DNA of 64,000 nucleotides from Haliotis rufescens (GCF_023055435.1 NW_025964223.1:39680001-39744000), one strand, 5' to 3'; positions 49,547 to 62,400 are shown, counted from the stretch's first letter. Notes: generated by a model from the sequence alone, not told the origin. Numbers and translations: made by a program.

Positions 49547-52155
49547 CCCCCGACCCCCGACCCCCCTCCCCTTTCCGCCTAGACGCTAGGGTCGAGTTAA
49601 GAGGGTGTCGTTTGAGCCTACTACATCGGCTTCATGCACGAGCTTAATTTTATGCCGGTTAAAAAACGAATGACACTTTTTTTAAAATATGATATTATTA
49701 ATTCCTTGAACATAAGATTTAATTGCCACTGTTCAAATCCCCAGAAAATGTACGTGTATTATGTACTCATTTCTTTCACCTGTTTCTTTATTCAGATAAT
49801 TCAGTTTAAATAATCAACCCGGACTGACAAGCATGGGGAACCACTTATACATCCGATCGTCTTTAGGCACTTTCTCAAATATTCTTCACAAAAGACTTTT
49901 GATACAGACAACTGACTCTTGTATTATTTTGAATAAACATTTCCTTCAATCTTCATAGGCACCGTCATGTCACGTTTAAACCTAAAAGAGACTAACTCCC
50001 AATATCGCTAACGATTGTCATTGATGTTGCGCGATAATTTGCGGGTCTTCGTGTGAACGAGTTGACTAGTTTCCTTTCCGCCAGGCTCCGTCTCTACATG
50101 TTACAAAGTTGACGCAGCGCACAGAGAGTCGGCAACCAGCAGTACATTTTATTTAAATGTAAGTTTTATTTTGCGATTATGATTTAAATAATGTTCTACT
50201 GGATATAGAAGCATATTTCCATTCGTGAATACAAAAAAAACTTTTGGTTCAAATCTATTTCCGGTGTTGCTACGGTAACAGTTCAAAACAAGTTCAAGAC
50301 CCGGCTCCTACGATTCTTCGTTGACAGAAGCGTATCGTTGCTATTTCAGTTGTTTTTTTAACAGATTTCAGAGACCTGTTTGAGTTCAAGTGCCTTCTTG
50401 TTTCTGCAGACAGGTTTGTAGATGTTATTTTGTATGAATTCCTTTTGGTTTCTCCCGAAATGTCTCTGGATTTGTGTTTGTTGGAATTGTAAACAAAACA
50501 GGCCATCTTTGACAACCAGCAAATATTCAACGTTTTGAAGCCCATTTTGCTTACGTTTTCCTTTAGATTACTGTTGTATTATCTATTCCTTCATTTACCA
50601 GCTTGTTTGCCTATCATATTTAGACGCACGTTGTAAGTATTTCGGTAATTCTGGAGCCACCACGGTTGTTTCGACCCCCAAATTGACCACAATTCTGATC
50701 ATGTTTATGAACGGCCCACACAAAAACGTCATCGATTCACCTAAACAGCAGTCTGTGTCTTTAGCCACCAGTCCGTAGCCCAAGTCTAGTAAACCTTTCT
50801 TTCAGTCTAGTAAGCTTTGCTAATAAAGGTCCATACATGAACACTAAGATGATCTTAGATCTACTGAAAATGATGGGGTGTTGTCTAAACCGTCATCGGT
50901 TTCTGTGGGCTAAAAAGCTAAAGCTTTGTTTCGCAAAAAAAAGTCTAGGGAAGATCCATCAAACTGACAGGTTTTGGCAAGCAGCAAGTTACTGCCACAG
51001 TCTGTCAAACGCACTGTGATATTTTCCAGTCCCTGTGCTTTCGAAAATTGAGAATGATGTCTTAGGCCTTCAAAAGGCCTAATAATATTTTTAGTAAGAT
51101 ATGGTTGGAATCCTAACTGCACATCAAGTCCAGTATTCTTCTGTTCCTGATTTCAAACTACTTTCATTATTTAATGATGATACATGTGATATAGAAGAAT
51201 GTCCTTTGAAAGGTTGATCAAATGATGAAAATTTACTCATGTCATTTAATTGATATCTCAAATCAAAAGTCAGTAACTATGTCGAACGACTATGAATGTA
51301 CATTACCAGTGACTATACATATTCCATACTTGCAATTGTATATGTTCTATTGCAGTTATTTCTTTTTTCCTCTTTATTATTATTCTTATTATTCTCTTTC
51401 TTCTAAACAGATACTTTTTGTGGACTTGTTTAAAAAAAGATGAATTATAACAATATTATTATTTTCTCACCGTGTTACAGGTCCTAGGTTGTTTTTTTTA
51501 TTACCTCATTGTCATTACTACATGCCTAACAAGTGTGGGAGACAGGTACTTTGCCGCTCACACTGTCTTCATAACGACTTTTGGTATTTAGCTTTTAGCC
51601 ATGAAATATGCTTATACATGTAGTTATAACATAAAAGCATCTTTCGATATAAAAAAGCCCACTCTATTTATACTGATAAAACATCAAGATGTTATAAGTA
51701 ACTTCATGTCTATCTTGTTGTCAGGTTTCTGTTGTTTGATCGATTATCTGGATTCTACAGTTTTTCCTGTGTTTCACCTTGATCTGGTGCAAAGATCAAC
51801 TCTAGAGGTATTCTCATCTAAACAACACACATAATATTGACATGTCCAACTTCAAAACACAAGAACTCTAGCTTTTACATTCATCAAGGCAGGGTTTGAT
51901 ATTGGTTCACTTTCCAGGACATGGATTGTCATCTAAAATGTCCAACAGATTGTTTTAAAATTTGGTATATATTTATATATAGTTGATAGGATGATGAAAA
52001 TGTCCTCATGCCAATTGTCTCCATCAAAATCCCTGTATAAGTTCACAATGTAAACCACTCATGTAAACAAGCTTAACACGTGACAGTACCTGTATATTGT
52101 GCTTTGTGTGAAATGAATCTAAATAAATCCCACATTGATACTTCAGAGGCACAAC

Positions 52156-53424
52156 ATGCTGTGTCCCAGTGAGAGTTGGGTGAACCTGGATGACCCTCCC
52201 TGCCACGACACTGATGCTGTCATCCCCTCCAGTCCTACAATGAGGTCCACCAGCCTAATATGCCCCACCACTAGATCCTCCATCTTCTACAATAGCATCC
52301 TACAACAGTTTGAACAACCTATTTCCTTCCCATCCTTCATCCCAAACCAGTATCTGAATATTCATAATGCAGGTTTTTTTAGTCCAAATACTAGTGTGCT
52401 TCATTCAGACTATCCTAACTTTACTTCTAACTGTACTGACACTAATGACCTTCCTTCTATGTTTCTATTAGAGAGCAGACATGTATTCCCCAGCCGAAAT
52501 CATACATCCCTCCATGCTGACACCAGTGGAAGCATATTCCCAAGCCCATGTGATATGTCCCTCCCTGCTGGCACCAGTGCAAGCCAAACCTCAATCGTCG
52601 AAGAGTTTATTGCTGAACTCTCACCACCTCATTTCATGCCTGTTACTATTTGCAGTGAATCAAGCCTGAGTCAGAACATCAGCCAGACCTCATTGGGTTT
52701 CGATGTTTCCACCTTCCAGCCGCTTCCAGTTGACAGCGAATGCAGCCTGCATCAAGAAACAATCAGCCAGACTTCACTGGGCCCGGATTTCGATGTTTCC
52801 ACCTTCCAGCCTCTTCCAGTTGACAGTGAATGCAGTCTGGATCTTACAACAATTAGCCAGACTTCATTGGGCCCGGATTTTGATGACTCTACATTCCAGC
52901 CGCTTCCAATTGACAGTGAATGCAGCATAGGTGAAGCAGCAATCAGCCAGACATCATTGGGCCCAGATATCGCTGTTTCGAGCTTCCAGCCTCTTCTGGT
53001 CGACAGTGAATGCAGCCTGGATCTACCAACAATCAGCGAGACGTCATTGGGCCCAGATTTTGATGATTCAACATTCAGGAAGCTTCAGGTTGACAGTGCT
53101 TGCAGCCTAGATCAAGCATCAATCAGCCAAACGTCATTGGGCCCTGAGTTTCATGATGCCACCTTCAGGCTGCCTTCAATTACCAGTGCATGCAGTCTAG
53201 ATGAAGAAACAATCAGCCAGACGTCATTGGGCCCAGATTTGGATGATTCCATCTTCAGCAGTGAAAGCAACCTGTCACAAGACTACAGCCAGACTTTGAT
53301 GAAATCCATTGTCAGCCCTGTTCCTGGGAGCAGTGGTTCCAGCCTGTCTCAGACCAACAGCCAAGTATCAAGTATTGAGGATTTCAGTGAATCCATCCTC
53401 ATAGCCTATTCCTTTCAGCTGTGA
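52156..53424 (+). CDS. Ser-rich repeat protein copy 5, long form (422 aa)
   Basis: Intact ORF retaining the 85-aa segment, with one extra codon relative to copy 1. Confidence 0.65.
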   Translation: MLCPSESWVNLDDPPCHDTDAVIPSSPTMRSTSLICPTTRSSIFYNSILQQFEQPISFPSFIPNQYLNIHNAGFFSPNTSVLHSDYPNFTSNCTDTNDLPSMFLLESRHVFPSRNHTSLHADTSGSIFPSPCDMSLPAGTSASQTSIVEEFIAELSPPHFMPVTICSESSLSQNISQTSLGFDVSTFQPLPVDSECSLHQETISQTSLGPDFDVSTFQPLPVDSECSLDLTTISQTSLGPDFDDSTFQPLPIDSECSIGEAAISQTSLGPDIAVSSFQPLLVDSECSLDLPTISETSLGPDFDDSTFRKLQVDSACSLDQASISQTSLGPEFHDATFRLPSITSACSLDEETISQTSLGPDLDDSIFSSESNLSQDYSQTLMKSIVSPVPGSSGSSLSQTNSQVSSIEDFSESILIAYSFQL

Positions 53425-54637
53425 ATCCAGTCACAATATATCAGCCAGAATGAATGAAAGTTTTGGCGAGAGGTCAATTTAACTTTGTCCTAGATTGACC
53501 GGTTTCTTTTTGAAATATACTAAACATGTAAAAGCAGAAAGAAACGATTTACCATTACCATACACCCCTTCTGCACTTGTAATGCATTTTCTCATTTCGG
53601 GTTTCTTTTGTATTTCTACAGATTTCTTCTTTGAATTAGTCCCAGGATAATAATCTAATGAAGGTTGCAGTGACTCTCCTGCTGTGAACCTTGGCTTCAT
53701 TTCATTTCATTTCAGATCTATTCAGGTGCCATTACTGTGTCGAGCAACAGAGATCCAAGATCTAGCTCCAGCCAAAACTCCATCCACCTTGGTGACCCCT
53801 TCCTTGGCTCAGGACTCAAGATTAAGTTTGAACTTTATATATATCTGTGTTCAATAACAGTGACCCAGCTCCAGCAAAAAATCCACCTGCCCTTCTACTC
53901 TTTTCAGAAACTCTTAAATGATTGTCCCAAATACAAGCTGCTGGAACCATAACCTGATTCTGTGAAAGAGATTTGTCAGTGACATGATTCCCAGTCTCAC
54001 TGGTAGCCAATGCAGTTCTTTCAGGACCGGTGTTATGTGGTTGGGAATTAAGCATTGTGTGATGAGCCTGACGCCTGTATTTAGCACACACTGTGTCTCG
54101 TGCAAATGACTTTGCTGAATGTCCTGCAGGAGATATTATTATTAGATTAAAGCACAAGATGCAGCAAATTGGGTTTGGGTGATCCTGGCACAGTCAGGCT
54201 GGTTCGGCTTATCATCAGCTCAGGGTTCTTGCCCCCTCTACACCCAGCCTAGACAGCAAATGGGACTTCTCCAAGGAAGCGCTGCCTAGTCAAACCCACT
54301 AAGAATGTTTTGGAGAAAGTGAAAACTCCCCAACACTGCAACCTTCTGCAATAAACATATTGTCAGAAGGGTTGTATTCCTAGCAACAAACCTGGGTACT
54401 CTCCCAATTTCAGTCAACAGATTGGGAGGTACCAAACCTAAGGCACCGAGAACAATGAGGAGTTGTCAACTTGGTTCTTGGGATGTAAGCGTGACATTTC
54501 GTAAGCGAGGTCTGCATATTTGCCATGTTTTTCCTCAATCTTGTTAATCACATTAGTGTCAAAAGGGACAGAAAATGCAATAACAGAAATGATTCCATTA
54601 GACTTTTCAGGTTTGTCAGGTTTGTTGGCCTGGACAG

Positions 54638-54836
54638 TATGATGTTTACAAGTTGGTAAACTTGTATGCAATTAATATGAGTCGATGGACTCCATGTTCG
54701 ATGGAACAACGTGTTGAAGAAAACGCAACACAGCGGTAACCATGCTTGATTGTTTACTTGCTAATATTGTACAAGGGACATAACCTCGGTAATACTGCTA
54801 GTAAACATACCGCTAAACAAAAGGCTAAACACTACA
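54638..54836 (-). repeat. 3' LTR (199 bp)
   Basis: Differs from the 5' LTR by a 16-bp insertion, a 7-bp deletion and one substitution that I could see. Confidence 0.95.
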
Positions 54837-55137
54837 ACCTCTCCCCTCCTTGGATACTTATTGAGGGATCAATAATTAGACTGGCTAAATGACTTAGTTT
54901 AACCTATGAGTTAACTTCAAGAACTTGTGACAACATGAAATTGCCAAGACAAAATATACCTGTGAAAATCTTCACATTATTGCAAATATAGTCTCTTTGC
55001 TGAAAGTAATAATACTGATATCTATTGACTAGATCTTAAAACATAATCCAGCTTTCAATTAATGAATTAACTGAACACATAATTTCAAACACAGTTCAGG
55101 CTTCAGTTCACATGTGCACACATTTGCACATTGCACT

Positions 55138-58100
55138 TTACATGAAAAAGTCCTTGTATTTACTCGGAGGTCTTCGATCTCTTGTTGGATTTCTGCGCAT
55201 AGGTACATTTGGTTCAACATGTTCAATAGGATCAATCACTGCTTGATCTTCATTGTCACTGACTGGAACTTGTTGACCATCACATTCAGGTGTGTCAACT
55301 GTGTCCTGAATATTGGAGTGAGTAGGATGTTGGGGTGACGTCTTAAAGAAACTGCTGTTTCTTGTTACCTTCCTCCCCCCACACTCTGCACTGATCATCG
55401 AGCCTTTTGTGGATGTTACTGTTAAAGGCACAGGCTCATATGGGGTGTTGGACTTCCTCATTGACATGTCTTTCAGGAGAACTGCATCCCCTTCCTTGAA
55501 ACTGTGTGGCTTGACATAAGCCTTTCTGTCAGCATACTGCTTCATGGCAGCTGCCATGTCTCTCTGTCTCTTTTTCCTGTTTCTGGATTTTGATGACTTG
55601 GACAAACTAGGCAGACGATTTCGCAGATTTCTGTTAAACATGGCGGTTGCTGGAGGAACACCTGTTGACGTGTGTGGTGTTGTCCGGTAAGACAACAGGA
55701 ATCGATACATTTCCTGTTTCCAGTTTTGTCCTTGTGCAATAGCACCTTTAATGCACTTTTTGATGGTACGCATGAAGCGTTCAGTTTCTGCATTGGCTTG
55801 CGGCCATAATGGAGTTATTTTCCGATGTTTGAATCCAGTGTGCTCTGCATATGTACTGAACTCGTAGCCATTAAATGGTGGGCCATTGTCCGTCTTGAGC
55901 TGATGTGGTATCCCAAACTCTGAAAAGATTTTCTCAAGTCTTGGAATTACATTGCGACCAGAGATGCCCTTAAGTATGTCTACAATGACATAACGTGAAT
56001 ATTCATCTTGCACCACCAGCAGATATTCACCAGTTGATATCTGACCGAAATCAGCACTAAGCTCTTGCCATGGTCCATCTGGCAATTCTGACATTTTGAG
56101 GGGTTCACGTGCTGGCAAATCAGTTGTGATTTGACATGTCATGCAGTTTTTAACCACATGTTCCACCATATTGTGCAATCCACGAAACCATATCTTCTCA
56201 CGAAGCAGGGAAACTGTTTTCACGATGCCCTGGTGACCAGCATGAGCTAGATCAACAGCTTGTCTGCGTAAGCTTGGTGGCAACACAATTTGAGCACCTT
56301 TCAACAGTATTTGATTGTTCATGGCGACAGACAGTTCATTACGACACTTGTACAAAGAGTCATACACCTTGTCTACATTATTGCTTGACTTCCAGTTGCC
56401 TGTGTTCAAGGCCTGAATAACAGCTTGTAATACTGGGTCATTCCTTGTTGCCTTAGCAACATAGTCTGTCGTCATGGTTTTAGGGATTGCTGTGGTAACA
56501 ACATAGTTAATGTATTCTTCAGCAATCTTCTCTTCTCTATGACTTGCACATATCTGGACTGGATGTCTACTAAGATAATCTGCCGGATTATCTGCTCCTG
56601 GTCTGTAGACAATCTTGAATTGATATTGCTGAATCCTCATCACCCATCTTTCAATTCTGGGAGGTAACGATGCCTTTGGGTTCCCGAACAGTGTAGTTAA
56701 TGGCTTATGATCGGTGAATATGGTAAACACTGATCCAAACACATATATGTGAAAATGTTCACAAGACCAAGTGACAGCCAAAGCTTCCTGTTCAGTTTGA
56801 GAGTACCTCTGTTCTGTGGGTGTGAGCGATCTGCTTGCAAACTGAATCACTTTGGGTTTTCCATCTGAATCTGGTTGAGTAAGCACCGCACACAAACCAA
56901 CAGGGCTTGCGTCAACATACAGCTCTGTATGTTTTTGTGGATCAAAGAAACTCAGTGTTGTCGCTTTACACTGTTCAGATTTCAGGTTGTCAAGGGCTGT
57001 TTGGTGTTTCTCTGTCCAGTCCCACTGAGCATCCTTGCGAGTCAGGTGGCGGAGTTCATAGGTTACTGTCGCATAATTTGGAACATGACGAGCACCACCT
57101 AAGTTCATCATTCCAAGCAAGCTCCTCACTTCCGAAACATTTTTGGGTGGTGGCATATCTAGGATTGCAGACAGTTTTGCCTGGCTTGGTGTTATGCCAT
57201 CAGCACTGAACACATGTCCAAGAAACTCAATTGAATGCTTGTTGAAAACACACTTGTCACTGTTTAAAGTTAGTCCCATTTCACGGAGACGTTCAAACAA
57301 GGCATGTAGATTTGTGTCATTTGACTGTTGATCACCCCCATGGACCAGAATGTCGTCACTGATATTGATGACACCATTCAAACCACTGACAGCTTGTCTA
57401 ATGGTTTCTTGGAATACTTCAGCAGCACTGTTGATTCCAAAATTCAAGCGTTTGTACCTGAATAATCCAAGGTGTGTGGCAAAAGTGGTGATATTCCGGG
57501 ATTCTTCGACCAATTCAAGCTGGTTATAACCCTGATTAAGGTCAAGTTTGCTAAAAACTTTAGCCCCTGTGAGAATAGTTGTGAGTTCTTCCAGTGTTGG
57601 TGAGTTGTGTCTTTCTCGCTTTATGGCTGTATTTGGATATCTCATGTCAACACAAACTCTCACCTTGCCAGGACTACTTGGTTTAGGGACTACCACTAAA
57701 GGAGACACCCAGGGTGTTGGACCTGAAGCTCGTTCAATGACGTCACGTTCCAAATCAGATTTGATCTGGGTTTCTATGTCCTTCCTGACATGAAATGGTA
57801 CACGTCTGTACTGTTGAGCCACTGGTTGAACATCTTTGTCGATATGCAACTGTACTTTCACATCTTTCAGCTTGCCGAGTCCCGTGAACAAATCACTGTA
57901 TTCTGTAATCAGATCTTCAGATTTGCAAGAATACACGGATTCATGTATTTTTAGCAGATGAAGTTCCTGTGCCATTTGCCAACTCAACAAACACTCATCA
58001 ACGTCAGACACGACACATATTTTCGCTTCAGCAGATGCGGTCTTCGATGCAATCGTGGCTGTGAAACGTCCTAGCACATGCACTGGTTTCTTCTTTCCAT

Positions 58101-59106
58101 AAGGAAACACCTTTGTTCTGCATTCTTGTAGATTGGGTTTAGGTCGGAGGGACTGGTACACAGTTTTTGAAATTGTGTTGATAGATGCACCTGAATCTGC
58201 TAACATGATAACAGGTTGTCCATTAATCTTCATGGTGAACTTTGGAGATTTGGTTTTCTCACCTTGTGACAGAAAGACAAACTCATCTTCATCAGAAGTC
58301 TCTTCCCCGCAGTCATCAACCATGTGAACATTCTTCAAATGCCCTCGACCACGTGGTGCATTTGTATGTCCATCTTTACACGCATTGGCAAAATGATTTG
58401 ATTTTCCACATTTCACACACTTTTTTCCAAAAGCAGGACAGTTTCTCTGACCCCCACTATGAGGCCAAGCACGTCCACAATTAAAACAAGTTTGCTGTTT
58501 CTGTGACTTCTCATGGTTATCATGGTTATCAGAAGTTTTCTGTGGCTTTCTTTTATGGTGCTTATGGGTCATGGCGTTTTCCTGGTGAGTGTTCACATTT
58601 TGGGATTGAGTGGAGGACTGAATTTGTTTGGAGTGTTCATGTGTAAGTTCTAGAGTTCTGGCATGAGTTAACAAATCAGCCAATGTCATGCCTGGGGTAC
58701 TCAGGCCTTTCTCACGAACTTTGTTCGACTTGCAACCAGCTATGAGTTGAGATTTTACCTCCGCTTCAATTCTATCACCAAAATCACATGTGCTTGCATG
58801 CTGTCTCAGTTCATGATAAAACTCATCAATTGAATCCGACTTCTGTTTTAATTGACGAAAGCAATATCTCTGGAATTCCAGATTAACTTGTGGATTGAAG
58901 TGATTCGTTATCGCCGTGACAAGCTTTCCAAAATGTGTCTCATTGTCAATAGGGGTTAATTCACCTGCCGGTTTCGCATCAACGATGTCATTCAAATCGT
59001 CCCCAGCAAACGATAATAGCAACGCTTTCTTTTGCCTGTCATCTGTGATGTTATATCCGACAAACACATTGTTTTCCAATCGGGAGCGCCACTTATTCCA
59101 CCTCAC
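55138..59106 (-). CDS. Gag-Pol polyprotein (Gag, zinc knuckles, PR, RT, RNase H, IN in one frame)
   Basis: 1322-codon ORF with CVKCGKSNHFANAC knuckle, ADSGAS protease, LNFG/NISDDILV RT, LYVDASPVGL RNase H, and HAGH...CMTC plus DFG/DNGP/ETERF integrase, in Gypsy domain order. The probable true ATG at 59206 is out of frame (see findings). Confidence 0.95.
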   Translation of the reverse strand: MRWNKWRSRLENNVFVGYNITDDRQKKALLLSFAGDDLNDIVDAKPAGELTPIDNETHFGKLVTAITNHFNPQVNLEFQRYCFRQLKQKSDSIDEFYHELRQHASTCDFGDRIEAEVKSQLIAGCKSNKVREKGLSTPGMTLADLLTHARTLELTHEHSKQIQSSTQSQNVNTHQENAMTHKHHKRKPQKTSDNHDNHEKSQKQQTCFNCGRAWPHSGGQRNCPAFGKKCVKCGKSNHFANACKDGHTNAPRGRGHLKNVHMVDDCGEETSDEDEFVFLSQGEKTKSPKFTMKINGQPVIMLADSGASINTISKTVYQSLRPKPNLQECRTKVFPYGKKKPVHVLGRFTATIASKTASAEAKICVVSDVDECLLSWQMAQELHLLKIHESVYSCKSEDLITEYSDLFTGLGKLKDVKVQLHIDKDVQPVAQQYRRVPFHVRKDIETQIKSDLERDVIERASGPTPWVSPLVVVPKPSSPGKVRVCVDMRYPNTAIKRERHNSPTLEELTTILTGAKVFSKLDLNQGYNQLELVEESRNITTFATHLGLFRYKRLNFGINSAAEVFQETIRQAVSGLNGVINISDDILVHGGDQQSNDTNLHALFERLREMGLTLNSDKCVFNKHSIEFLGHVFSADGITPSQAKLSAILDMPPPKNVSEVRSLLGMMNLGGARHVPNYATVTYELRHLTRKDAQWDWTEKHQTALDNLKSEQCKATTLSFFDPQKHTELYVDASPVGLCAVLTQPDSDGKPKVIQFASRSLTPTEQRYSQTEQEALAVTWSCEHFHIYVFGSVFTIFTDHKPLTTLFGNPKASLPPRIERWVMRIQQYQFKIVYRPGADNPADYLSRHPVQICASHREEKIAEEYINYVVTTAIPKTMTTDYVAKATRNDPVLQAVIQALNTGNWKSSNNVDKVYDSLYKCRNELSVAMNNQILLKGAQIVLPPSLRRQAVDLAHAGHQGIVKTVSLLREKIWFRGLHNMVEHVVKNCMTCQITTDLPAREPLKMSELPDGPWQELSADFGQISTGEYLLVVQDEYSRYVIVDILKGISGRNVIPRLEKIFSEFGIPHQLKTDNGPPFNGYEFSTYAEHTGFKHRKITPLWPQANAETERFMRTIKKCIKGAIAQGQNWKQEMYRFLLSYRTTPHTSTGVPPATAMFNRNLRNRLPSLSKSSKSRNRKKRQRDMAAAMKQYADRKAYVKPHSFKEGDAVLLKDMSMRKSNTPYEPVPLTVTSTKGSMISAECGGRKVTRNSSFFKTSPQHPTHSNIQDTVDTPECDGQQVPVSDNEDQAVIDPIEHVEPNVPMRRNPTRDRRPPSKYKDFFM

Positions 59107-59219
59107 TAACTTCCCATCCGACTTGCAGTCAACTTGGTAACGATACAGTCACCGGTCCCGCGGGCGCAGGCGGTTGACGAACCTCACCGTCTTGATTATC
59201 TGCCATCGCTCGTCGCCAA

Positions 59220-59409
59220 TATGATGTTTACAAGTTGGTAAACTTGTATGCAATTAATATGAGTCGATGGAACAACGTGTTGAAGAAAACGCAACACAGC
59301 GGTAACCATGCTTGATTGTTTACTTGCTGTCCCATAATATTGTACAAGGGACATAACCTCGGTAATACTGCTAGTAAACATACCGCTGAACAAAAGGCTA
59401 AACACTACA
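59220..59409 (-). repeat. 5' LTR (190 bp)
   Basis: Direct repeat of 54638-54836. Sense termini TGTAGTG...CATCATA. Confidence 0.95.
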
Positions 59410-62400
59410 GACAGGTGTGAGGCTGTATACTGGCCTATTCCAAAGAATTTTGTATTGATGATTTTCCATGACGCCCTCTACATATTGTAGGTCATTCCAT
59501 GGGTGGATTTGACTGATCTGGCACAGTCAGGCTTGTTAGGCTCATCATCAGCTCAGGGTCCTTGTCTCCTCTACATGCAGCCCAGAGAGCAAATGGGACT
59601 TCTCCAAGGAAGGGCTACCAAACCAAACCGTCCCAGAACGTTTCTGAGAATGTTAAGACTCCCTAACACTGCAGCCTTCTGCATTACCCAGATTGTCAGA
59701 AGGGCTGTATTTCTGGCAACAAACCCGGGTACTCTCCCAATGTCAGTCAACAGATTTGGAGGTACTAAACCTAAGGCACCGAGAACATTGGGGAGTCGGA
59801 AAACTTGGTACTTGGGATGCTAGCGTGCTACGTACTGACAGTAATTGGCAGTAATTGGCCCACAAGTGGTAGTTGTCATTTAGGCCGGCAGCGGTAGTTA
59901 TCATGTCCCTGCTAGCGGTAATTGCCACGATGTTTTTACAACATTAGCTGCTATTTTCTCCAAGCAGCAGTAGTTGCTTCCAGGGCCAAAAGTGGAAGTT
60001 ATCATGTCACTGGCAGCGGAAGTTGCCACAATCCTTTTACAACGGTAGTTGCCTTAGGGCAGTAGAGGGAGCTGCTCATTGACATTGACAGAGGTAGTTG
60101 CCATGACAACAGTAGCTTTTTGTGTAATTTACTTGAAGCTTAGTAGCACTAGGACCTGCACACCCTCAGCCCTGGTTGTTCTTATTGGCAAGGGCGTCCT
60201 GTGTGTGGTAACCAATAACCCCCTCCCTCTCCTTGGTATAACGTGCAATAACTACTATTTATTTCAGGGGATATATTTTGGTGGTGAAGGTGTGGCTATA
60301 AGGGGAGGAGGGTGGGGTGGGGTGGGGTGGGGTGGGGGGGGGGGGGGGGGGGGTGGTGGTGGTGGTGGGGGGTGTGTGTGTGGAGGGGGTGTGGAGGCCA
60401 CCTTTACTAGTAATTGTTTGCTTGTTAAAAAATAAATACAAATCTGCCAAATTTGGTTTTACTGCATAACTTAGCAGTCATAATGAATCACTGATGTTTA
60501 TTGATATGTATAATCTGCATGGTAAGCATATATATTAACAATGTACAGACTGCCTGTTGTTTATTTGAACTGCCAGCAATTACCATGGTTACTGTTATTT
60601 TATTCAGTGGATATGTTTTGGTGGTGAAGGTGTGGCTATATGGGGAGGTGGAGGCCACTTTAAGTGTAAAACAATGTATGTGTTTTCCCCTTGAAATATC
60701 TGACATACAATTAATAAGACAACATATTTTTTATGGACTTAATAAATACGATTTTAATTGCAGGCACAATTTTGTCTTATGTTTTTATTCCCATAATCAG
60801 TGAGTAAGTGAGCTGAGTTTAACTCTGCTTTAGCCAGTGTTTCAGTCATATCACAGTGTGTCTGTTCAAAGTAACAGAGGCTTGTAGTGGTTTCCCACTA
60901 ATGAAATGCATGAGCACTGTACGAGGATGACAGGCTAAGTATCATGATTGGAACAAGAGTGGTCTTTGAACCTGTGACAGGCAGGTCCTGGCATGACAAA
61001 CGCCACTGGGTCACACAAAGGACTGTCACTGGGGAGAGAATCAGTCAGAATGATTCCCATTTGACATAGTTATCCAAATAACACAAATAAATGGCTCTGA
61101 ATAAACACTCTTAACCCAAGTAGTGAGGTAACAATAAAACAAATGATATTTTAGCATGCCTCAAAGTGAGATTGAGCAATCAGAGAGCAGAACTACTGAC
61201 CCCACATGAGCCCGTATACCGTCAGTAAAAATCCAAGATGGTTGTTACTGACCTAATATGTGACGTGTACCGTCAGTAACAGCCATTTTGGATTTTCCAA
61301 CACCCACCTCACATATTGCACATGAAAATTCTGGTACAGAAGTTCGTTATTCGACACTGTTCAGTGTTTTAATATCATTAATTTTGATGTGCAAGGACGT
61401 TAATGTTTTTGTTTGATCACCTTCATGATAAAGTGTATATAAAGTTAAAATTATCAACAAGGTTTTGCCTCTGGGGTTTGAAGAGTAGTCTCCCTTTGAC
61501 CCTTAACGTTGTTAGTGTTAAGTTGTGAGTTTTAAGTTTTGACATGATGTGCGACAAACATACTAAATAGTGCATACTTTTCGGCATAATAAAATCGTGA
61601 TGGTGTCTTTAGTTGCCGTATACGGTGTCATATTAAATTAGCAGAAACATATTGGGCTCGGCTGACGGTTCCCACTATTGAAATGCATGAGCACTGGTAT
61701 GAGCCTGACAGGCTATACGTATCATGATTGGAACAAAAGTGGGCTTGTCAAAAAACCTTATCAAATAAATACAAGCATGCTGTGGAGTATTTATGCCATT
61801 CCTGTAAGCTGCCTTGAGTAGGAAACAAAATATATAGCAGGAAAACCTTGCCTAGAGTCATCAACACAGTGCTAAAACTCTCTCTGTGTGCCCGAAAGTG
61901 TTGAGAGTGTTAAACAATAATTATATATTTACCCTTAACATCTTTTACATGACGACAGTACATTATGTATTCGCACTGTTAAGGCGGGTGGGTGAGTGAG
62001 TGAGTGAGCTGGGTCAAACACCGCTTAAAACAATATTCCAGTGTGTCGGCTTAGTGTGGGAGGAAAGCCCATGGGGATGCCGGTCTCAGACGTTTACCAC
62101 TTTGGTGAAACCCAACGAGCATGGGTATGGTGCTGAGAAACCTAGAAACATAACCGGGGCGAACCGGAATTGAATCCACGACTATAGGTATCTGGCGTTT
62201 CTAAGGGACGCAACTCTTCACAGCGAATTGCGGTGCCTTAGACAACTGGGTCACCCTTGTCCCACCACTGATAAAAGTGAACCTATGAGACTACAGTACA
62301 CAAAGCAATAAACGTCAAACTTGAAAAATCTCTCAGATGATGATACTATCACAAATCTATTGCTGTAGCCTTTCGTGAAAGTTTACACACCAATTATTTC

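Larger units (their letters stand above)
54638..59409 (-). mobile_element. Full-length Ty3/Gypsy LTR retrotransposon (4772 bp)
   Basis: LTRs at 54638-54836 and 59220-59409. 5-bp TSD GACAG (54633-54637 / 59410-59414), with the empty site in sister units. PBS TGGCGACGAG just inside the 5' LTR (complementary to the 3' end of tRNA-Ser(GCU) as I recall it). PPT AAGGAGGGGAGAGGT at 54837-54851. Confidence 0.97.
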
